The notes beneath the pieces were generated by a model, which ran no database searches, was not told the origin of the DNA, and was given only the letters and a program-made list of their open reading frames with translations. A stretch of 64,000 bases of DNA from Spirochaetia bacterium (GTDB taxonomy: Bacteria > Spirochaetota > Spirochaetia > DSM-16054 > Sediminispirochaetaceae). Numbering within the stretch: the first letter of the stretch is position 1; the number at the start of each line of letters is the position of its first letter. Shown one piece after another: positions 57,239 through 64,000 of this stretch. Position numbers and translations under genes: made by a program. The stretch lies in the NCBI GenBank assembly GCA_034520965.1, contig JAXHMY010000001.1, positions 480,001 through 544,000 of the forward strand. The letters run 5' to 3'.

Positions 57239-58581
57239 AACCCCTTCCCTTTCATCACGCCCTAAAAGTGAAGGAAGAGGTGTGCTTCGGCTGCACCCGC
57301 TGCATGATGATCTGTCCTACCGGCGCAATCCGTATCAATCGCGGCAAGGCCCATGTAAACCCCGACCGCTGTGTCGACTGCGGCAACTGTATGGAAGTTT
57401 GTCCGGTTAATGCCATTGTCATTGAGCAAGATGACTTTCAGAAAATATATCGCTATAAATACCGGGTTGCGGTTGTTCCATCGGTGATGATTGGGCAGTT
57501 CAAAGAAGAGATTACCGAAGAACAAATCTACAGTATACTGATGGAACTCGGTTTCACCCATGTCTACGAAGCAGAGTTCGGCAGTGATATTCTCCATGAA
57601 ATCAGCGGCCGGTATACTACCTACGCCGATCGCTCACCGGTTATATCAACCTTCTGCCCGGCGATCGTACGCCTCATACAGGTACGCTTCCCTTCCCTTG
57701 TCCAGCACCTCAACCTGATTAAACCGCCCCTCGATATCACCGCCGCATATGCCACTCAGCAGCTTATCGAGAACGGAGCCAGAGCCCAGGAGATCGGGAT
57801 GTTCTACGTAACTCCCTGTGCGGCCAAGATAGCCGCCATTAAAAGTCCTCAGGGAGAGAGCAAAAGTGGTTTTGACGGGGTCATCAATATGGACTTCCTG
57901 TTCAACCTGGTCCATAAAACCATTGTAAAGCAGAAACACAAGGAAAACGATACTATTCCTCAGCAAAGAAATCTGTCCGGTGAGGCGGTGGTGTGGAGTC
58001 TTACCATGGGAGAAGCACCCCATATGCCGGGCCGCAGCCTGGCGGTCGACGGAATTCACAATGTCATAGAGTTTCTAGAAAAGCTGGAAAATGAAGAGAT
58101 CCACGGAATAGACTTTCTAGAGCTGCGCGCATGCGACGAGGGCTGTGCCGGCGGAATTCTCGGTTCGGGAAACCGCTTTCTTACCGCCGAACGGCTCCGA
58201 CACCGGGGGGAATCAATGGACGAAATCTCCTCTCATGTAAAACAGGAAATCCACGCGCAGGCAGAATACCTTCGTCACAATCTAAAACTGGAACGGATTG
58301 AAGCCCGCTCTATAGTAAAGCTTGATGATAATTTTCAGACTGCCATGGAAAAAATGGAACAGATTCAAGATTTATTGAAAAAACTACCCCATGTCGACTG
58401 CGGTACCTGCGGTTCCCCTTCTTGTGAGGCCCTGGCCCAGGATATTGTGCAGGACAAGGCGGATTTGTCCCGCTGCATATTTTATCAGAGGAGACAGGAG
58501 CTGCTGGACAGCCGTCACGCCAAAACTAATCTAGAACGGATGATCAAAGTATGGGGCCGCGAGAAGCTGGCAGGCAGCTGA
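57235..58581 (+). CDS. [FeFe]-hydrogenase-like Fe-S protein (2x[4Fe-4S], large-subunit C domain, C-terminal Fe-S motif)
   Basis: CFGCTRC..CP, CVDCGNC..CP, STFCPA, TPCAAK, ACDEGCAGG, DCGTCGSPSC. Confidence 0.8.
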   Translation: MKPLPFHHALKVKEEVCFGCTRCMMICPTGAIRINRGKAHVNPDRCVDCGNCMEVCPVNAIVIEQDDFQKIYRYKYRVAVVPSVMIGQFKEEITEEQIYSILMELGFTHVYEAEFGSDILHEISGRYTTYADRSPVISTFCPAIVRLIQVRFPSLVQHLNLIKPPLDITAAYATQQLIENGARAQEIGMFYVTPCAAKIAAIKSPQGESKSGFDGVINMDFLFNLVHKTIVKQKHKENDTIPQQRNLSGEAVVWSLTMGEAPHMPGRSLAVDGIHNVIEFLEKLENEEIHGIDFLELRACDEGCAGGILGSGNRFLTAERLRHRGESMDEISSHVKQEIHAQAEYLRHNLKLERIEARSIVKLDDNFQTAMEKMEQIQDLLKKLPHVDCGTCGSPSCEALAQDIVQDKADLSRCIFYQRRQELLDSRHAKTNLERMIKVWGREKLAGS

Positions 58582-58606
58582 GCTGCCAACCTACCCATCT
58601 ACCTGC

Positions 58607-61594
58607 CTACATCGGCACAATAATACGCTTTTGCCCCTTGCGGCCGAACAGCTGCTCGGCTTTATCCAACACCTTCGATTCGGCCATCGCAACCCGTACA
58701 GCTTTGCCGCTGTTCTCATGCAGAACCGCAGCTTCACGCTTTACATCCGCTACCTTTACCTCAAGCATCTCATGCCGGGCGCTGCGGCGCAGCTCGTCGC
58801 TTATACCGTACAACCGGCGCTTCAACCCAACAACGCTCTTCTCACCAGGAGATTTAGGACGAGTATCTTTACCAACTATCGCAATAATCGCTTTTTCCAG
58901 ATCGTCTTCGGTAACCCCCTCCTGAGCTATATGAGCCAAACCGTCTGCGTACACCTGCAGCGACTTCTCTACGCTCGGGTCGCGGTAAGAGAGAAAAGAA
59001 AAGATACCTTCAAGCCCGTGGGTCGAGGCGGCTGCACCGTAGGCTCCGCCCTGCATACGAATTTTCTGCCATAAGTAATCGGTTTTCAATAGGTGTGCGA
59101 CCAGAATGTAAGCTGCATATCCCGGTTTTCCGTACAACAGACCCGGAAGAGCCATACCACTGTATCCGACTGAGGCCGGGACTTGCAGGCTCTCCCAATT
59201 ATCCTGATAAGGCTCTATCTGCGTACCGTCATCAGAGACAAAATGGTCAAAGCTGCGGGTCGATTTGCTTCCATCAGAGGAAAAATCGACTAAGTGTTTG
59301 GCCATTTGAGTATGAATGCGGCCCAATTGCTGTCCATCTGCACTCATGTTTAACATCAGCCTCTGGCGGGTCATAACCTTATCCCGCAGGGTCTTCAGCT
59401 CCTGTCCAATCGCTTCAACCTCGGCTCCTGCTTGGGTCGGAAGGGTGGTAAGAAAGAGCAGCTGCTCGATCCCGCGCCATTCATCTTCAATCCGAATAGC
59501 CGGCTCCAGGTGAGCTCCCGCCCGCAGGGTAGAGAAGGAGTGTCCCGCCGGAATAACCGCTGAACGCATGTCGTTTCTAAACTCAGTTAAAACCTCCCAT
59601 AGACGCCGGCGGTCTTCTACCTGGGCGTGCTGTAAGAGGTTAAAGGTCAAGTCAAGGGCTTCCTCCAGGGACCCCTCAAGACACTTTAAGCGTAAAAATA
59701 GATAACCTAGATACGAGTCGGCGGCACCGACCATTGGGCTTATATCCAGATAGGGGAAAAGCCCCCCCATTTTAAGGTTTTGACGGCGTGCAACTTCGTC
59801 ATAAGCAACGCCGGGCAGGCCGGTGGAGGTTAGCATCCGTCCCAGCAGAGGCAGCAGCAGCCGCTCTCTCTCTGATAACTCGGTGATATTAAAGGCGAAG
59901 TCGATGTAGATTATTCCATTGGTAAACAAGTCGTGGGTAAAACCTGGAATACCATCTACCTGAGTATCACCAGTCTCAATCACCGAAATATCCTCAGGCA
60001 GATCCTCGCGGGATAAAATAGGAATTGTTTCAAGGGCAGATTGCGGATCGGGGGCATTTTGAAACTGCTCAAAAGCCTCAAGATCGCCCCGCAGCTGCTG
60101 CTCCTCCACCTCATCCATCTGTGAGTGAATTTTGTCGACAGTTTGTTGAATCTCTTTATCCAGATCCTGCAGGTAGTCCCCGTCCGGCTCGACGATAACC
60201 GTACTACGATGGGTGTTATTCAAAAGCGAGCGCTCAATCAGTTCTTCAAAGTAATGGGGATTCGTATCATACTCCTGTTTTAGCCTTTCCATGTGAGGTG
60301 TAAACTCGAGGGTGGTACGGGGTTCCCCGCCATGCAGCCACCCCCGCAGGGCTTTGTTCATCATCCGCAGGCCAAAGGGTGCTCCTCCGCGGATTTCCCG
60401 GTTCTGAAACTCAACCCGGCGCAGGGTTCCCTTGACTACATCAGAGGGAAGCCCCTCCTCGACAAGCCTCTTCAACTCTCCCAACACCAAATCCTCAAAC
60501 TTACCCGCGTTCTCCGGTTCAATACCCCGAATACCAATGGAAAAACTCATATCACGGATATCAGTTTCCAATCCGCTAACCGGAGACATATCCTCACCCA
60601 ATTCAGTATCATTTATCAATTTCTGCAGGGGAGTTCCCGGATGTCCGATCAAAGCACCACTTAACACCTGCATCGAGAGCAGGGTGAGTGGATCGTTGAT
60701 CACACCGGTGCGCCAGTTGATTGTAATGGTGGGCTTCGGCTTTTCCTCCCCCTCGACTGCCGGACCCTTTACTGTAAACAACTTCGGCTCCTGCCAAGAC
60801 GGCTCGTCAGCTATATCGGGTGCCGGCTCTCCAGCCCCAAACTCGGACAAATAGTTTTTCTGCAGAAACTCCAGCTGCTCTTCAGTGGGAATATTGCCGT
60901 ACATAAAAAAACGACAGTTGGCCGGGTGGTAGTACTTTTTATGGAAGTCTACAAACTGCTCATAACTCAACTGCGGAATTGCCTGGGGGCTTCCGCCCGA
61001 TTCATGTCGATACTGTGATTTTTCAAACAGGGAACGGTACGACCAGTCACCGACGATTGAATCATAGCTTGAAAAACTTCCCTTCATTTCATTAAAGACA
61101 ATTCCCTCAACCTTGAGGCTCCCATCCTCCTGTGGCACAAAGCGGCGCCCCTCCTGCAAAAAGAGCTCTCGTTTTAGTAAAGGGAAAAAAACCGCATCCG
61201 CATACACGGACATTATATTATAGTAATCCTTTTTTACCGTACTGGCGGCGGGATACACCGTTTTGTCGGGATAGGTCATGGCATTCAGAAAGGTATTCAC
61301 ACTCCCCTGCATCAGCGCTAAAAAAGGGTCCTTCACCGGATAGTGCCGCGAACCCGAAAGCACGGTATGTTCGAGGATATGGGCAACCCCGGTGTCATCG
61401 GCGGGGGGAGTTTTAAAAGCAAAGGCAAATAAATTCTCCCGGTCCTCATTATAGAGGTGATACACCTCCAAACCGGTAAGGTCGTGCTGCAGATGGATAC
61501 CACTGCCGTGGTACTCCTCGAGAGAGTCAATATTGGTAACGGTAAACCCGTGTAGTTTATCTCCAATTTTTAGTTGAGTCTGTGTTGTGGACAT
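58607..61594 (-). CDS. M16C insulinase-family metallopeptidase (PreP-like)
   Basis: GVAHILEHTVLSGS, FLNAMTYPD, VFNEMKG, IRMQGGAYG, SYRDP. Confidence 0.9.
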   Translation of the reverse strand: MSTTQTQLKIGDKLHGFTVTNIDSLEEYHGSGIHLQHDLTGLEVYHLYNEDRENLFAFAFKTPPADDTGVAHILEHTVLSGSRHYPVKDPFLALMQGSVNTFLNAMTYPDKTVYPAASTVKKDYYNIMSVYADAVFFPLLKRELFLQEGRRFVPQEDGSLKVEGIVFNEMKGSFSSYDSIVGDWSYRSLFEKSQYRHESGGSPQAIPQLSYEQFVDFHKKYYHPANCRFFMYGNIPTEEQLEFLQKNYLSEFGAGEPAPDIADEPSWQEPKLFTVKGPAVEGEEKPKPTITINWRTGVINDPLTLLSMQVLSGALIGHPGTPLQKLINDTELGEDMSPVSGLETDIRDMSFSIGIRGIEPENAGKFEDLVLGELKRLVEEGLPSDVVKGTLRRVEFQNREIRGGAPFGLRMMNKALRGWLHGGEPRTTLEFTPHMERLKQEYDTNPHYFEELIERSLLNNTHRSTVIVEPDGDYLQDLDKEIQQTVDKIHSQMDEVEEQQLRGDLEAFEQFQNAPDPQSALETIPILSREDLPEDISVIETGDTQVDGIPGFTHDLFTNGIIYIDFAFNITELSERERLLLPLLGRMLTSTGLPGVAYDEVARRQNLKMGGLFPYLDISPMVGAADSYLGYLFLRLKCLEGSLEEALDLTFNLLQHAQVEDRRRLWEVLTEFRNDMRSAVIPAGHSFSTLRAGAHLEPAIRIEDEWRGIEQLLFLTTLPTQAGAEVEAIGQELKTLRDKVMTRQRLMLNMSADGQQLGRIHTQMAKHLVDFSSDGSKSTRSFDHFVSDDGTQIEPYQDNWESLQVPASVGYSGMALPGLLYGKPGYAAYILVAHLLKTDYLWQKIRMQGGAYGAAASTHGLEGIFSFLSYRDPSVEKSLQVYADGLAHIAQEGVTEDDLEKAIIAIVGKDTRPKSPGEKSVVGLKRRLYGISDELRRSARHEMLEVKVADVKREAAVLHENSGKAVRVAMAESKVLDKAEQLFGRKGQKRIIVPM

Positions 61595-61656
61595 GTAGTT
61601 CTTCTCCTATTTTCTTAATAGTTTATTAAATATAATGATTCCTTTACACTAGTACC

Positions 61657-62631
61657 ATGAATTTCACTCAAATGCACAGCCGTTCACGGATTATTAACGG
61701 GATTAGAAACTTTTTTCATGATCGCAACTACTTAGAAGTGGATACGCCCCTGCTTACACCGGCACTTATTCCGGAAGCGCCGATAGAAATCTTTGAAACG
61801 GTTTTTACCAGCGATGAGTACGGATCTTTTCCGCTGTACCTCATTCCTTCGCCGGAGGTTCATATGAAAAAACTCATTGCTTCCGGAAGCGGAAACATCT
61901 TTCAAATTACCCGCAGCTTCCGCAACTCCGAACAGCTTGGGCCCCACCATAACCCCGAGTTCAGCATGCTCGAATGGTATACCATGGAGGCGGACTACCA
62001 TACCTCAATAGCCACCACCGAAGATCTTATTCAAAGCCTCGCCGGCCCTGACACCCCCGCACATATGCGCCCGCCCTTTAGAAAAATTACTGTCCAGGAG
62101 GCTTTCCTCGATTATGCCGGTTTCGACCTGGCTGAAACCCAAGATAGGCCTGCCCTCGTTCAGGCCGCACGGAAACTGGGCCTTTCGATACAGTCGACGG
62201 ATGACACCTGGGAGCAGATATACCACCGAATCTTTCTCAACTATGTAGAACCGAACCTGCCGAGGGACCAGCCCCTTGTTCTTACGGATTTTCCGCGCCA
62301 AATTACCTGCCTGGCCAAGGAGCTTCCCGGAACGCCCTGGCGGGAGCGGTGGGAACTCTACATCAATGGAATCGAGCTGGCCAACTGCTACTCCGAAGAG
62401 ACTGATTCCACCAAAATTGAGGCCTTTTTTCGCAGGGAGTACGCCCTAAAAGCTGCCGAGAGCAGGGTTGTTCCGGATATAGACGAGGAGTTTATTGATA
62501 TTCACCGTTCCGGCTTTCCCACATGCTCGGGGGTAGCCCTGGGTGTTGACCGCCTGATTATGGCGATGAGCGGGCAAGCCAGTATTGAGGGGGTGATCTT
62601 TTTCCCCCTTTCTGATACTATACGGCCGTAG
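61657..62631 (+). CDS. epmA: EF-P lysine aminoacylase EpmA/GenX
   Basis: EVDTP, SPEVHMK, FRNSE..HHNPEFSMLEWY, ERWELY, GVALGVDRL; adjacent to efp. Confidence 0.88.
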   Translation: MNFTQMHSRSRIINGIRNFFHDRNYLEVDTPLLTPALIPEAPIEIFETVFTSDEYGSFPLYLIPSPEVHMKKLIASGSGNIFQITRSFRNSEQLGPHHNPEFSMLEWYTMEADYHTSIATTEDLIQSLAGPDTPAHMRPPFRKITVQEAFLDYAGFDLAETQDRPALVQAARKLGLSIQSTDDTWEQIYHRIFLNYVEPNLPRDQPLVLTDFPRQITCLAKELPGTPWRERWELYINGIELANCYSEETDSTKIEAFFRREYALKAAESRVVPDIDEEFIDIHRSGFPTCSGVALGVDRLIMAMSGQASIEGVIFFPLSDTIRP

Positions 62632-62689
62632 CATTACGCCGCAAACCCAGGTCAACTGAATATAATAACTCAAGCGAGGTTAGATAATT

Positions 62690-63253
62690 ATGATAAGAGC
62701 CGGAGCATTAGAAAAGGGAATGGCAATACTTATAAAGGGAGATCCCTTTGTAGTGGTTGAACGGGAGTTCGTGAAACCCGGAAAAGGGTCCGCCTTTGTA
62801 AGGGCCAAGCTGAAAAACCCCACCAGTGGTCAAGTATTACGCGAAACAATGAAAACCCAGGATCAAGTAGAAGAAATTTTAGTTGAAGATAAAGATAGTC
62901 AGTATCTCTATGCCGATGATACAAGCTACCACTTCATGAATTTGGATACCTACGAACAGTTTGAGATCCCCGCCAAAACCTTTCCCGAATACCGTGAACT
63001 AATGAAAGAGGGAGATACCTACACTCTGATTTTGTGGGAGGATCGCCCCCTGGATATTAAGCTCCCCTTTAAGATAGTGTACACCGTCACCAAAGCAGAG
63101 GATGCAATCAAAGGCGATACGGTAACCGGTGCGACCAAAACCGTTGAAGTGGAGACGGGCCTAAAAGTGAAAGTGCCTATCTTCATTAAAGAGGGCGAAC
63201 GCATTATGGTAAATACCGAAACAAAAGAGTATGTAGAGCGGGTAAATCAGTAG
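62690..63253 (+). CDS. efp: elongation factor P
   Basis: KPGKGSAFVR, KGDT, VPIFI, YVER. Confidence 0.95.
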   Translation: MIRAGALEKGMAILIKGDPFVVVEREFVKPGKGSAFVRAKLKNPTSGQVLRETMKTQDQVEEILVEDKDSQYLYADDTSYHFMNLDTYEQFEIPAKTFPEYRELMKEGDTYTLILWEDRPLDIKLPFKIVYTVTKAEDAIKGDTVTGATKTVEVETGLKVKVPIFIKEGERIMVNTETKEYVERVNQ

Positions 63254-63276
63254 ATTCAGATATAGCCGGCCATACG

Positions 63277-64000
63277 ATGGAATCATTAATTTCCCATTAC
63301 AGCAACAAAGAGGTTTCCCTTCGTTGCACCGAAGGAAACCTCTATTTTTTACTCTCCCAGGCGCTCTTCAGCAGTTATGAAATTGATAAGGGCAGCCGGT
63401 TTCTATTAAAGACAGCTCAGCAAAATATTGATTTCAGTTCCATTCAACAAGTGCTGGATATTGGCTGCGGTATCGGTACTCTTGGAGTCTGTCTTCAGAA
63501 AGGTTATCCCCACCTGCGGGTGACAATGCAAGATCGAGATGCGTTAGCCCTTGCGTTCAGCCGGTACAATGCACAGAAAAACTCTGCAGAGGGAGTGCAC
63601 GTAGTCGGAGGGCTGGCCTTTCAGGGCCTGCAGGGGCAGCATTTTGACCTTGTAATTTCAAATATCCCTGCGAAAGTAGGAGAACCGGTGCTGCGACAGC
63701 TGTACAGGAGCATGCTCTTCCATGCTACGCTTTCGGCAATCGTAGTGGTAAATCCCCTGGCCGACTATACCCAACAAACCCTTGCAGAATTAGGCGCCCA
63801 AATACTGTACCGGGCGCAGGGCTCAGGTCATAGTGTGTTCTACTTTACTCCGGTACAGTCTGCCCTAGCCTCGGAGGAAAAGCTGTCAGCAGAAGAGCTG
63901 CCGTCAGAAGAACTGCCGTCGGCCTATTTTAGAACAAGCGCACAATTTGAATATGCAGACCTAAGTTACTGGCTTGATACGGTATGGGGACTTGCCGACT
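63277..64000 (+). CDS. class I SAM-dependent methyltransferase (RsmC-like small domain), runs off the window
   Basis: Manual translation: LFSSYEIDKGSRFLL, VLDIGCGIG, FDLVISNIPAKVG. Confidence 0.75.
   Translation, partial: MESLISHYSNKEVSLRCTEGNLYFLLSQALFSSYEIDKGSRFLLKTAQQNIDFSSIQQVLDIGCGIGTLGVCLQKGYPHLRVTMQDRDALALAFSRYNAQKNSAEGVHVVGGLAFQGLQGQHFDLVISNIPAKVGEPVLRQLYRSMLFHATLSAIVVVNPLADYTQQTLAELGAQILYRAQGSGHSVFYFTPVQSALASEEKLSAEELPSEELPSAYFRTSAQFEYADLSYWLDTVWGLAD

Overview
A 64-kb chromosomal segment of a bacterium, probably an osmotolerant anaerobic spirochaete (inferred from gene content and protein style, not proven). Housekeeping genes: clpB (partial), rnd, sppA, radC, topA, mnmA, epmA-efp, an M16C peptidase, tRNA-fMet and tRNA-Asp. 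Osmoadaptation genes: a mannosylfructose-phosphate synthase-like operon, an OpuA/ProU ABC transporter and a YehZYW-like ABC transporter. A dispersed LacI regulon (two GH65 phosphorylases and an alpha-glucoside ABC transporter) is marked by four identical 14-bp operators. Accessory elements: (1) a complete 1869-nt group II intron (49614-51482, minus strand) inserted directly after the start codon of a NarL-type response regulator; its predicted EBS1 reads the AUG, and its domain VI carries a replacement Shine-Dalgarno and in-frame ATG, so the host gene can be translated with or without splicing; (2) three 141-142 bp double-hairpin MITE-like elements, each with a 9-bp target-site duplication; (3) a 6-kb toxin-antitoxin array bounded by duplicated radC 3' fragments. 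About ten frameshifts, one in topA, suggest indel errors in the assembly. No CRISPR array or rRNA was seen.
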